NCBI GenBank assembly: GCA_963796545.1 | Contig: CAWCMF010000026.1 | Coordinates: 135,209-199,208, forward strand | Direction: 5' to 3' | Length of the DNA: 64,000 bases | From: an uncultured Actinomycetota bacterium | GTDB lineage: Bacteria > Actinomycetota > Actinomycetes > Mycobacteriales > Mycobacteriaceae | Shown here: piece after piece, positions 1 to 10,866 of the stretch | Layout of the letters: each line of letters begins with the position of its first letter | Position numbering within the stretch: the stretch's first letter is position 1 | Program-made: the position numbers and the translations under genes | Notes under the pieces: generated by a model | What the model was told of the DNA's origin: nothing | The model's input: only the letters and a program-made list of their open reading frames with translations | The model's database searches: none

Positions 1-974
<974 letters not shown>

Positions 975-1046
975 CGAGAAATCGAGACGCCCGGCGGCGC
1001 ACCGGCACTACAGAGGTGCAAAGGCGTCAGGCAACCGAACATGGAG

Positions 1047-1074
1047 GAACGCGCGCCCCACGGGGCGCGCGTTC
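1047..1074. terminator. GC-rich hairpin between convergent genes
   Basis: GAACGCGCGCCCC-AC-GGGGCGCGCGTTC, a perfect 13-bp inverted repeat. Confidence 0.7.
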
Positions 1075-1076
1075 TT

Positions 1077-1208
1077 TCACACTGCGGTAGGCAGAATCTG
1101 TTCGTCGTCGAGCTGCTCCGAGGTCAGACCCTCGACGAGAAAATCGCCGTGGTAGAGAGCCTCGAAGTCAACCTTGATGACATCAGCACTGGTGTCGTCG
1201 ATCCACAT
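1077..1208 (-). CDS. 43-aa acidic small protein (not in ORF track)
   Basis: Hand translation MWIDDTSADVIKVDFEALYHGDFLVEGLTSEQLDDEQILPTAV*. GC3-rich codons, and it ends directly at the hairpin. Confidence 0.6.
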   Translation of the reverse strand: MWIDDTSADVIKVDFEALYHGDFLVEGLTSEQLDDEQILPTAV

Positions 1209-1316
1209 GTACTGGACAGTAACCACCGCCACTTAAGGATTCTTTGAGTCTCCTCTCGGAGAACTGTGGCAATTCTTACCGCCGGGTAGGTTCACTGCCC
1301 TACCGACGAGTAGCAC

Positions 1317-1932
1317 TCACGGCGTGGCGGGTGCCTGTGGAGCGGTGAAGTGGATCGGGTTGACGCCGTAGAGCGCCACCCAGGTCACGATTGCAGCAAC
1401 GAAGGCCAGCGCGAGCAGGGCCACCTTCACCCGCGGTGACCAGGTCAGACGTGAGAGTAACTCGGCTGTCGACGGAGTAGGCGCCCGCCCCGGCAAACAA
1501 CAGGGCCGCGCCGCCGAGTCCGATGAAGAACGGCACGTTGAACGGCTCGGACCAGAACGCGGCGCCGGAGACGTTCACAGCCCATGCGCAGAGCATCGCG
1601 CCGAGGGTCGCGCACCCTGCGAGCGGGGTGAGGACGCCGAGGAGCAGGGCGACGCCGCTGACAGTTTCGGTCGCGGTGACCATGAACGCGGCGAACGCCG
1701 GCACGCGCCACCCCGCTTCGCTCATGAATTGCACGGTCATCGCGAAATCGGATGCTTTGATCAGGCCCGCCTGCAGGATGGCCGCGCCGATGCCGAGGCG
1801 AAGGATCAATAGGCCTATGTCGAGCATGCTGTCGATCGCGCCGGGCCGCGACGCGACCACATTGGCGTGGGTATCCGTCATGTCGGCCAATGTTATGGAG
1901 CTCGAAGTGTTCTGTCCGGATGTGTCGGTCAT
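1317..1932 (-). CDS. DoxX family membrane protein (frameshift near 1455)
   Basis: GLLILRLGIG...GAGAYSVD DoxX pattern. The last TM helix (VALLALAFVAAIVTWVALYG...P*) continues in another frame. Start could also be 1881. Confidence 0.75.
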
Positions 1933-1994
1933 GTTCAGATCGACCGCGCGGCACGCCCGGAAATTCATCGCGGAGTGACCGTTGACCCGGTCAG

Positions 1995-2009
1995 GTTATC
2001 GCTGATAAC
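1995..2009. promoter_or_regulatory. Probable TetR operator upstream of mmpL13
   Basis: GTTATC-GCT-GATAAC palindrome just downstream of TTGACC (1982). A TetR gene lies in the same operon. Confidence 0.5.
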
Positions 2010-2038
2010 TTAGCGGCGATATTCTCAGGAGGTGCCCG

Positions 2039-4317
2039 GTGTTGCACCGCATCGCACTGCTCGCCGTCGCGGCGCCGCGCCGCGTTCTCGTCACCGCGCT
2101 GCTGATCATGATCGCCTGCGGTGTGTTCGGCGTCCCGGTGACCAAGCATCTGTCGGCAGGCGGCTTCCAGGACCCGACGTCGGAGTCCGCACGTGCCACC
2201 CAGTTGCTCGTCGACAAGTTCGGCCAGGGTGACATGGAGCTGGTCATCAGCGTCACCTCCGACGACGGGTTCGACGCAGCCTTCCGCGCGGACGGTCGGC
2301 ACCGAGCTAGCGGATCGGTTGGCCGAGTCGCCTCATGTGGGCACTGTGGCCGCGGCGTGGACGGCGCCCCCGTCGGCCGCGCCGACCCTCGTCAGCGAGG
2401 ACGGCAAGACCGGCCTCATCGTCGCGGGAATCACCGGTGGGGAGAGCGGGGCGCAGAAGCACGCCAAGGCGATCACCGAAGAGCTGGTGCGCGACCGCGA
2501 CGGCGTCACCGTGCGGGCGGGCGGGGTCGCGATGACCTACGTGCAGATCAACGCCCAGAGCGAAGAAGACCTGCTGATGATGGAATCCATCGCGATTCCA
2601 CTGAGTTTCCTGGTGCTGGTGTGGGTGTTCGGAGGTCTGCTCGCCGCGGCGCTGCCACTGGCCGTCGGAGCATTCGCGATCCTCGGCTCGATGGCCGTGC
2701 TGCGCGCCGTCACGCTCGTCACCGACGTCTCGATCTTCGCGCTCAACCTGTCCATCGCGATGGGCCTCGCGCTGGCCATCGACTACACGCTGCTCATCAT
2801 CAGCCGCTACCGCGATGAACTCGCCGACGGACATGACCGGAACAACGCGCTGGTGCGCACGATGATGACCGCGGGCCGCACCGTCCTGTTCTCGGCGTTG
2901 ACGGTGGCGCTGTCGATGGTCGCGATGGTGCTGTTCCCGATGTACTTCCTGAAATCGTTCGCCTATGCCGGCATCGCCGTCGTCGGGTTCGCCGCGCTGG
3001 CGGCGATCGTCGTGGCGCCCGCCGCGATCGTGCTGGCGGGGGACAGGCTCGACTCGCTGGACGTTCGCAGGCTGGTTCGCCGGGTACTCGGCAGGCCGGA
3101 GCCGGTGACCAAGCCGATCGAGCAGATGTTCTGGTACCGGTCGACGCATTTCGTGATGAGACGCTCGATTCCGATCGCCGCCGTCGTCGTCACGCTGCTC
3201 GTCCTCCTCGGTGCACCCTTCCTCGGTGCCGATTGGGGCTTCCCCGACGACCGGGTGCTTCCGGACACCGCGTCCGCCCGCCAGCTCGGTGACGACCTGC
3301 GTGAGGATTTCGCCGTCGACTCGTCCAACAATGTCGTCGTCGTGTTCCCGAACGCCGAGGGGGTGATCCCCGACGAGCTCGACCGCTACGCAACCGAGCT
3401 GTCCCGCGTCGAGGACGTCACCTCGGTGTCCGCGCCCGGCGGCACCTTCGTCGACGGGGAGAAGGCCGGACCCCCTTCGGCGGCAACAGGAATGGCGGAA
3501 GGAAGCGCGTTCCTGACCATCGGCAGTACCGCGCCGCTGTTCACCGACGCGTCGGAGGCCCAGCTCGACCGCTTGCATGCCGTCGCGCCGCCCGACGGCC
3601 GGGACGTGCAGCTGACGGGACTCGCCCAGGTCAACCGTGACAGCTCCGAGGCCATCACCTCGCGGTTGCCGACGGTGCTCGCCGTGATCGCGGCCATCAC
3701 CTTCGTGTTGCTGTTCCTGCTCACCGGCAGCGTGGTGCTGCCGCTGAAAGCGTTGGTGCTCAACGTCTTGTCGCTGACCGCCGCATTCGGCGCGCTGGTG
3801 TGGATCTTCCAGGACGGCCACCTCGGGGCGCTGGGTACCACACCCACGGGCACGCTTGTGGCCAACATGCCGGTGCTGCTGTTCTGCATCGCCTTCGGCT
3901 TGTCCATGGATTACGAGGTGTTCCTGGTCTCCAGGATCCGCGAGTTCTGGCTGGTAAGTCCGGCGAAGACCGTCCCACGTCCGCAACGACGAAAGTGTGG
4001 CGCTCGGCCTGGCGCGCACTGGCCGCGTGGTCACCGCGGCGGCATTGCTGATGTCGATCTCGTTCGCGGCGCTCATCGCGGCGAAGGTGGCGTTCATGCG
4101 CATGTTCGGAGTCGGCCTGACGTTGGCCATCCTGGCCGACGCGACGCTGGTCCGGATGCTCTTGGTGCCCGCCTTCATGCATGTGCTCGGCCGTTGGAAC
4201 TGGTGGGCGCCGGGCCCGCTGGCCAGACTCCATGAGCGGATCGGGTTCAGCGAGACCCTGGACGAGAAAGACTTCCCCACGCCGCGCAAACGTCCGGTCA
4301 CGTCGGGACAAGCATGA
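2039..4317 (+). CDS. mmpL13: MmpL family transporter (Rv1145/Rv1146-like), two frameshifts
   Basis: Pieces in ORFs 2039, 2193 and 3997. Motifs GLALAIDY, GRTVLFS, FGLSMDYEVFL, GRVVTAAA, LGRWNWW. Confidence 0.85.
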
Positions 4318-5003
4318 ACGTGCCACGCAGGCGCCGCGCCGCCCGAGGTTCGGGTGAACAGCTTCGAGATGAAATCCTCGACGCGACAACAGAACTCCTA
4401 CTGGAGACTGGTGATGCCACCGCGGTATCGATCCGATCGGTGGCCAAGCGGGTCGGCGTCACGCCGCCGTCGATCTATCTGCATTTCGCCGACAAGACCG
4501 CGCTTCTGGACGCGGTCTGCTGTCGGTACTTCGAGAAGCTCGATGACGAGATGCAAGCCGTCGCGGGGGCGTACGCCGGGGCGATCGACGTGTTGCGGGC
4601 GCAGGGCTCCGTGTACTTGCGCTTCGCGCTGAAAACCCCAGTGCTGTACCGCATCGCGACAATGGGCTACGGAACCCCTGGCAGTGACGTGGATGTCGCG
4701 CTGAACAGTTCGGCGTTCGGGCATCTGCGTGCGACGGTGCAGGCGCTGATCGCCGAGGGCAGCTATCCGCCCGATGACGCCACCACGTTGGCGCTGGAGC
4801 TGTGGACAGCCGTGCACGGCATTGCGGCGATGCTCATTTCGCGCCCCTACCTGCCGTGGGGTGACACCGAGCAGTTCGCCGATCGGCTGCTGCGGTCGGT
4901 CTGTTGCGGCCATGTCGTGTCTGCCGCGATACGGCCCGACGAGTCGCCACGGGAGATCATGAATTGGTTGAAGGAGGTGACCGATGAGCGACAGCGTCGA
5001 TAA
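4314..5003 (+). CDS. TetR/AcrR family regulator (WHG-type C-terminus)
   Basis: HTH SIRSVAKRVGVTPPSIYLHF and WTAVHG. ATGA overlap with mmpL13. Confidence 0.9.
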   Translation: MNVPRRRRAARGSGEQLRDEILDATTELLLETGDATAVSIRSVAKRVGVTPPSIYLHFADKTALLDAVCCRYFEKLDDEMQAVAGAYAGAIDVLRAQGSVYLRFALKTPVLYRIATMGYGTPGSDVDVALNSSAFGHLRATVQALIAEGSYPPDDATTLALELWTAVHGIAAMLISRPYLPWGDTEQFADRLLRSVCCGHVVSAAIRPDESPREIMNWLKEVTDERQRR

Positions 5004-5616
5004 TCCGTTCTTTGCGCGGCTGTGGACGGCGATGTCGTCGCGGGAACCCGAATCGCTGCGCCGGTTGCGCAAGGAGAATCTGGCCGGGTTGACGGGCCGT
5101 GTTCTTGAGGTCGGTGCGGGCACCGGAACGAACTTCGAGTTCTACCCCGCGACCGTCTCCGAGGTGGTGGCTGTCGAACCCGAGCGCAGGCTCGCGGCAC
5201 TCGCGTCGCAGGCAGCTGCCCGCGTCGGTGTCCCGGTGACCGTCAGCACGGACACCGTGGAGCAGTTCGCCGACGCGGAGCCGTTCGACGCGGTCGTGTG
5301 CTCGTTGGTGCTGTGTTCGGTTGGCGACCCGGAAGAAGTTGTCGGACAGCTCTTTTCGCGACTGAATCCGGGTGGCCAGCTGCGCTACCTTGAGCACGTC
5401 GCCGGGCACGGTGGCCGTGCCCGGCTGCAGAAGTTCGCCGATGCCACCGTCTGGCCGCGGATGCTCGGTAACTGCCACACGCACAGGCACACCGAGGACA
5501 CGATCGTCGGCGCGGGCTTCCGGGTTACCGACGCGCGCCGCGAGTGGACGTTCCCGGCGTGGGTGCCCCTACCGGTGGCCGAGTTCGCGATCGGCGTGGC
5601 CGTCCGTCCTAGCTGA
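4984..5616 (+). CDS. Class I SAM-dependent methyltransferase (Rv1147-like)
   Basis: [22 protein letters not shown] and GNCH motifs. Confidence 0.9.
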   Translation: MSDSVDNPFFARLWTAMSSREPESLRRLRKENLAGLTGRVLEVGAGTGTNFEFYPATVSEVVAVEPERRLAALASQAAARVGVPVTVSTDTVEQFADAEPFDAVVCSLVLCSVGDPEEVVGQLFSRLNPGGQLRYLEHVAGHGGRARLQKFADATVWPRMLGNCHTHRHTEDTIVGAGFRVTDARREWTFPAWVPLPVAEFAIGVAVRPS

Positions 5617-6326
5617 GCAGGGCAGGCAGGCGCTGCAACAGCCCCGGGAGCGCGCTGGCTGGCCTTCTCTCGAAGAGTGACCGTCGCACTCGACGACAGC
5701 GGGGTGGCTTCGGGGTTGACCTCGATGACCGGAATTCCGTTGGCCACGGCCAACTCGGGTAGGCCTGCGGCCGGGTAGACGACCGACGACGTCCCGACCA
5801 CCACGACCAGGTCGGCGTTGACGACGGCATCGACCGACTGTTGCCACGCGTCGTCGGGCAGGGGCTCGCCGAACCACACGACGTTGGGCCGGATCAACCC
5901 GCCGCACGCGATGCAACTGGGCGGGTCGATCGACTCGACCGGCTCGGGCATATCCGGGACTGCGCCCTGATATGCGGATCGACATCGGTCGCAGTGGAAT
6001 TCGAACAGGCTGCCGTGAACGTGGTGCACCTGATTGCTCCCCGCACGCTCGTGCAGGTTATCGACATTCTGGGTGACCACGTGAACGTCGGCGTAGTCCT
6101 CCCACGCCGCAACGGCACGGTGCGCGTTGTTCGGGTCGACCGCGCTCATCATGTGGTGGCGCCACAGGTACCACGCCCACACCCTGTCCGGGTGGGCGCG
6201 CCAGCCCTGTGCGCTGGAGATCTCATAGGGGTCCACCTTGGCCCACAGGCCCGTCTCGACGTCACGGAACGTCGGCACGCCGCTCTCGGCGGAGATCCCC
6301 GCACCGCTGAATACCGTCACCTGCAC
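5609..6326 (-). CDS. cobB: NAD-dependent protein deacylase, sirtuin (frameshift near 5660)
   Basis: [30 protein letters not shown], two CxxC pairs, [19 protein letters not shown]. The C-terminus [13 protein letters not shown] is in the adjacent frame. Confidence 0.92.
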
Positions 6327-6362
6327 TCCACCAAATTAGCGGCTTTGGGTGATACTGAGCAC

Positions 6363-6728
6363 GTGGCCGAGTTGGGGGATTGGGTACGCGTAGATCCGGA
6401 CGCTGCCAGGCCGCTCTTCGACCAGCTGAGAACGCAGATCATCGCAGGTATCCGGGATGGAGAGCTCGCTCCGGGCACCCGGTTACCCACGGTCCGCGAG
6501 CTGGCCGGTCAGATCAACCTGGCAATCAACACCGTGGCACGGGCGTACCGAGAGCTGGAAGCCGCGGGAATTCTCGAGACGCGAGGGCGGTTCGGCACCT
6601 ACGTGGCCCGGGCGGATCCGGCTGACGCCGCGATGGCGACCGCTGCCCACACCTATGTGTCCACCGCGCGGGCGCTGGGCGTGGACAAAGGCGAGGCGCT
6701 CCGCTACGTGGAGACGGCCTTCGGCTGA
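6363..6728 (+). CDS. GntR (YtrA-like) regulator, Rv1152-like
   Basis: LPTVRELA...[11 protein letters not shown]...GRFGTYV. GTG start at 6363 inside ORF 5841. Confidence 0.9.
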   Translation: MAELGDWVRVDPDAARPLFDQLRTQIIAGIRDGELAPGTRLPTVRELAGQINLAINTVARAYRELEAAGILETRGRFGTYVARADPADAAMATAAHTYVSTARALGVDKGEALRYVETAFG

Positions 6729-6730
6729 GT

Positions 6731-6746
6731 CGGCAGCCGGCTGCCG
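6731..6746. terminator. Short palindrome between convergent GntR and omt
   Basis: CGGCAGCCGGCTGCCG, a perfect palindrome. Confidence 0.4.
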
Positions 6747-6752
6747 GTGAGG

Positions 6753-7589
6753 TCAGCCGAACTCGAGCAGCGTCAAGATCGGCCGGACCGGGTCGAGCAG
6801 CGGTACCCGCTGGGCGGTCCACAGCAGGGCGTTGAGCAGCCACCCGCGGGCCTGCTCCACCGGCATGTCGTGGACCGCGCGCACACCGGGGACGGTGTTG
6901 ACGAGGTCGGCGGCTTCGGCGATCGACAGCGAGAACGGCATCGGCGGCACCCGGTACCGCCGGGAGGCATGCATACCGCGGCGGGCCAGCGCGGCGAAAC
7001 CTGACGGCGGCAGATCGAACATCATCTGTCCGCCAGGGAAGCGCGCCGCGCACTCGGTGATCAGGGCCATCGCCTCCTCGGGTTGCAGGTACATCAACAA
7101 CCCCTCGGCGGTGACGAACACGCCGTCCTGCGTCTCGACCTGGTCCATCCAGCTGAAGTCCAGTGCGGACTGCGCGATCAGCTGCACGCGATCGGAGGAG
7201 GGAAGCAGCTTGCGGCGCAGCTCCACCAACGGTGGGAGATCGACGGTCAGCCAGCGGAACTCGTGGCCGACGCCCGTGCCCGGCGCGTCGAGTCGGTAGA
7301 AGCTGGTCTGCAGTCCCTCGGCGAGCGCCACGACGGTGGCCTTGGGGTGGTCTTGCAGGTAGCGCCGGGTCGCGGCGTCGAACGCTGCCGCGCGCAATCC
7401 CATGTCCTGGCGCCGCACGAAACCGAACTTGGCGAAATCGAAGTCGATCGAGTCCACCAGGTGGATCGCCATCGGATCGTCGATGAGGGCGTCCGGCCGT
7501 CGGGCCTCGGTAGCGCGGACCAACAGGGTCATCAACGCGGTCTCGGACACCCCGGTGAGGTCGGCGGTGTGCTTGCCACTGTCGGTCAT
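6753..7589 (-). CDS. omt: O-methyltransferase (LCM family, Rv1153c-like)
   Basis: LTGVSETAL, DPMA, VVALAEGLQT, TAEGLLMYL motifs, plus synteny. Confidence 0.85.
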   Translation of the reverse strand: MTDSGKHTADLTGVSETALMTLLVRATEARRPDALIDDPMAIHLVDSIDFDFAKFGFVRRQDMGLRAAAFDAATRRYLQDHPKATVVALAEGLQTSFYRLDAPGTGVGHEFRWLTVDLPPLVELRRKLLPSSDRVQLIAQSALDFSWMDQVETQDGVFVTAEGLLMYLQPEEAMALITECAARFPGGQMMFDLPPSGFAALARRGMHASRRYRVPPMPFSLSIAEAADLVNTVPGVRAVHDMPVEQARGWLLNALLWTAQRVPLLDPVRPILTLLEFG

Positions 7590-7781
7590 CGGTTTCCTTC
7601 TGTGGTTGGTGACGTCACCGCCGGAACTCCGCCAACGTGATACGCCCCGATGGCAGGGGGCCTCCGCGGCGCGGTGCGCAACGTCCACAGCGTGGTTGCG
7701 GAGACGCCGTCAAGAACGCCACCGTCGATCGAGGTGAATCGGTGCACCTGGTCGATGATCCCAGACGCCCAGAGGTCGTAG

Positions 7782-8234
<453 letters not shown>

Positions 8235-8279
8235 GCGCTTGCGTTCGATTCAGACGCGTTGAGCGCTACGATTCCCACC

Positions 8280-8462
8280 ATGGCATCCAACGAGGCCGCC
8301 GACTCCGGCGAGGACGACGGCAAGCGCAAGTTCCGCGAGGCGCTGGAACGCAAGAACGCGAAAGCGGTCAACGGTTCTTCGCACAAGGACGGCGGAGCCA
8401 AGAAGCCGCGGGCCCACGGGCCGGTGGAGAACCGCAGAGAGTTCCGCCGCAAGAGCGGGTAA
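8280..8462 (+). CDS. Small basic protein (DUF5302-like)
   Basis: KRKFREALERK...HGP...REFRRKSG, a signature of a conserved actinobacterial small protein. Confidence 0.8.
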   Translation: MASNEAADSGEDDGKRKFREALERKNAKAVNGSSHKDGGAKKPRAHGPVENRREFRRKSG

Positions 8463-8463
8463 T

Positions 8464-8649
8464 TCATTGAGCCCGTGCCTCGTTCGCGAGCGCTCGGGCG
8501 GCAGTCAGCGCCGCCACCACCGTCATCACCAGCATTTGCGACACCGACACTGTGATGAAGTTCGTGGCAATCGCCAACGCGCACATCATGATTGCGTGTC
8601 CCGCCGGCAGCAGCGACGGCGGCGACATGTTCTTGAGCTGTAAAAGCAC
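8464..8649 (-). CDS. Possible small hydrophobic protein or gene remnant
   Basis: Two hydrophobic stretches. No recognised family and the start is unclear. Confidence 0.25.
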   Translation of the reverse strand: MLLQLKNMSPPSLLPAGHAIMMCALAIATNFITVSVSQMLVMTVVAALTAARALANEARAQ

Positions 8650-8661
8650 TCAGCGCAGGCA

Positions 8662-8720
8662 CCGAAACTGTATTCCGCGCGGCAAGGGGACGCCGGTTTG
8701 CGCGCGGAATACAGTTTCGG
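8662..8720. repeat. Long palindromic element / terminator after actP
   Basis: Perfect 20-bp inverted repeat CCGAAACTGTATTCCGCGCG with a 19-nt loop. Confidence 0.75.
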
Positions 8721-8727
8721 CGGGTCT

Positions 8728-10359
8728 TTAGTGGCCGATCGCCTTCTCGGCGCCGATGCCGGTCAACGAGCGGACCTCCATCTCGGCGGCGACCTTGGGG
8801 TCCTCGTTGTCGGGCGAGGTCAGCGTCCCGACGATGCCGAGGATGAACGCCAACGGGATCGACACGATGCCCGGGTTGGCCAGCGGGAACCAGGCGAAGT
8901 CCACGCCGGGGATCATCGAGGTCTTGGCACCCGACACCGCGGGGGAGAAGACGATCAGCACGATGGTCGAGATCAGACCGCCGTACATGCTCCACAGCGC
9001 GCCGCGGGTGTTGAACCGCCGCCAGTACAGCGAGTACAAGATCGTCGGCAGGTTCGCCGCCGCGGCGACCGCGAACGCCAGGGCCACCAGGAATGCCACG
9101 TTCTGCCCGTTGGCCAGGATGCCGAGGCCGATCGCGAATACCCCGAGCACCACCGCGGTGATGCGGGAGACCCGCACCTGCTCGTCCTCGGTCACCTTGT
9201 GCGATTTCAGCACGCTCGCGTAGATGTCGTGCGCGAACGACGCCGAGGCGGTGATCGTCAGACCGGCCACCACCGCGAGGATGGTCGCGAACGCCACCGC
9301 GGAGATGACGCCGAGCAGGATCACCCCGCCGAGCTCGAAGGCCAGCAGCGGTGCCGCCGAGTTGACGCCGCCAGCGGCGCTGAGGATGCGATCGGGGCCG
9401 ACGAGTGCCGCCGCACCGTAGCCGAGAACCAGGGTGAACAGGTAGAAGGAGCCGATGAGCGCGATGGCCCAGACGACGCTTCGCCGTGCTTCTTTGGCCG
9501 TGGGCACGGTGTAGAAGCGCATCAGCACGTGCGGCAGACCCGCGGTGCCGAGGACCAGCGCAAGAGCCAGCGAGATGAAGTTGATCTGCGACGTGAGCGA
9601 CCCGCCGTACTGGGCGCCCGGGGCAAGGACATCGCGGTTGGCCACGCCCTCAGTGGTGGCGCTGCTGATCGCCGTCTGCGCGGACCCGAGGATCTCGGAG
9701 AAGTTCAGGCCGAACTTCGCGAGCACCATGACCGTCATCACTCCCGCACCGAAAATGAGCAGGACGGCCTTGATGATCTGCACCCAGGTGGTGCCCTTCA
9801 TGCCGCCGACGAGGACGTAGACGATCATCAGCACGCCGACCACGGCGATGACGATGGACTGGCCCGTGCGGCCCTTGATGTCGAGCAGCAGCGCGACCAG
9901 GCCACCGGCGCCGGCCATCTGGGCCAGCAGGTAGAACAGCGACACCGTCAACGTGCTGGTGGCCGCGGCCATGCGCACCGGCCGCTGCTTGAGCCGGAAG
10001 CTCAGCACGTCGGCCATCGTGAACTTGCCTGTGTTGCGCATCAATTCGGCAACCAGGAGCAGCGCGACCAGCCATGCGACGAGGAAACCGATCGAGTAGA
10101 GGAAGCCGTCGTAGCCGTAGACCGCGATGGCCCCGGCGATGCCGAGGAAGCTTGCGGCCGACAGATAGTCACCCGCGATGGCGATGCCGTTCTGCGGTCC
10201 GGAGAACCCGCGACCGCCGGTGAAGAACTCGTCGGCAGTCGCATTCTTCTTGCTGGCCCGGATCACGACGATCATCGTGACGACGACGAACAGGCTGAAG
10301 ATGCCGATGTTGGCCAGCGGGTTGCCGATGGTCTCGGTCTGAGCCATGAGGGTTGTCAT
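8728..10359 (-). CDS. actP: Cation/acetate (monocarboxylate) symporter, SSS family
   Basis: NGIAIAGDYLSAASFLG, GGMKGTTWVQIIKA, LGTAGLPHVLMRFYT, AAANLP. Confidence 0.92.
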   Translation of the reverse strand: MTTLMAQTETIGNPLANIGIFSLFVVVTMIVVIRASKKNATADEFFTGGRGFSGPQNGIAIAGDYLSAASFLGIAGAIAVYGYDGFLYSIGFLVAWLVALLLVAELMRNTGKFTMADVLSFRLKQRPVRMAAATSTLTVSLFYLLAQMAGAGGLVALLLDIKGRTGQSIVIAVVGVLMIVYVLVGGMKGTTWVQIIKAVLLIFGAGVMTVMVLAKFGLNFSEILGSAQTAISSATTEGVANRDVLAPGAQYGGSLTSQINFISLALALVLGTAGLPHVLMRFYTVPTAKEARRSVVWAIALIGSFYLFTLVLGYGAAALVGPDRILSAAGGVNSAAPLLAFELGGVILLGVISAVAFATILAVVAGLTITASASFAHDIYASVLKSHKVTEDEQVRVSRITAVVLGVFAIGLGILANGQNVAFLVALAFAVAAAANLPTILYSLYWRRFNTRGALWSMYGGLISTIVLIVFSPAVSGAKTSMIPGVDFAWFPLANPGIVSIPLAFILGIVGTLTSPDNEDPKVAAEMEVRSLTGIGAEKAIGH

Positions 10360-10706
10360 TTGAGCTCACTCTCAAGTTGGGCGCGGATGGCGCCGGCACG
10401 CCCGTCCAGTTCGCGGTTGGCGAACCGCACGTACAGCGCCGTGATCACGAACGTCGAGAGAAACTGGCCGAGCCCGATGATCAGGCCGACATTGATGGCG
10501 CCCCAGACCCTGATCGCCATGAAGTCGTTGGCGAACGCGCCGAGGATGACGTACGTCGTGTACCAGATGAGAAAGATTGCTGTCATGGGGAAGACGAAGC
10601 GACGCAGCCTGCTTCGCAGTTCCTGGAATTCGGGGCTGGCTTGGACTTCCAGATAACGTTCGCCGCTGATCGCTTCCGGGCGAATCGGTAGGTCTGTCTC
10701 GGACAC
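10356..10706 (-). CDS. DUF485 (YjcH-like) membrane protein
   Basis: SPEFQELRSRLRRFVFP...INVGLIIGLGQF. ATGA overlap with actP. Confidence 0.88.
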   Translation of the reverse strand: MSETDLPIRPEAISGERYLEVQASPEFQELRSRLRRFVFPMTAIFLIWYTTYVILGAFANDFMAIRVWGAINVGLIIGLGQFLSTFVITALYVRFANRELDGRAGAIRAQLESELK

Positions 10707-10757
10707 CTTGATCTCACGCTCCTGACTGCTGTGAACCGGCTCTCCGGAAAAAGTAGT

Positions 10758-10773
10758 TGAGATATGGGTCACA
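10758..10773. promoter_or_regulatory. CRP/GlxR-like site
   Basis: TGAGA-TATGGG-TCACA, one mismatch to TGTGA-N6-TCACA. Confidence 0.6.
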
Positions 10774-10817
10774 TACCCAGCGTTGACGCAGGTGACACGG
10801 TGAGATCCGGACCCTGT

Positions 10818-10850
10818 GCGGCGAACGGTCGATCGGCGGCGACGAGCGGT
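10818..10850 (-). promoter_or_regulatory. LytTR (AlgR-like) direct-repeat binding site
   Basis: Minus strand ACCGCTCGTCGC and ACCGTTCGCCGC at 21-bp period, upstream of the yjcH-actP operon. Confidence 0.6.
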
Positions 10851-10866
10851 GGGGCGTCAGCGGGCG

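Noticed and set aside
1041-1247. + strand 68-aa ORF
   Set aside because: It runs through the terminator hairpin. The opposite-strand 43-aa ORF has better codon bias.
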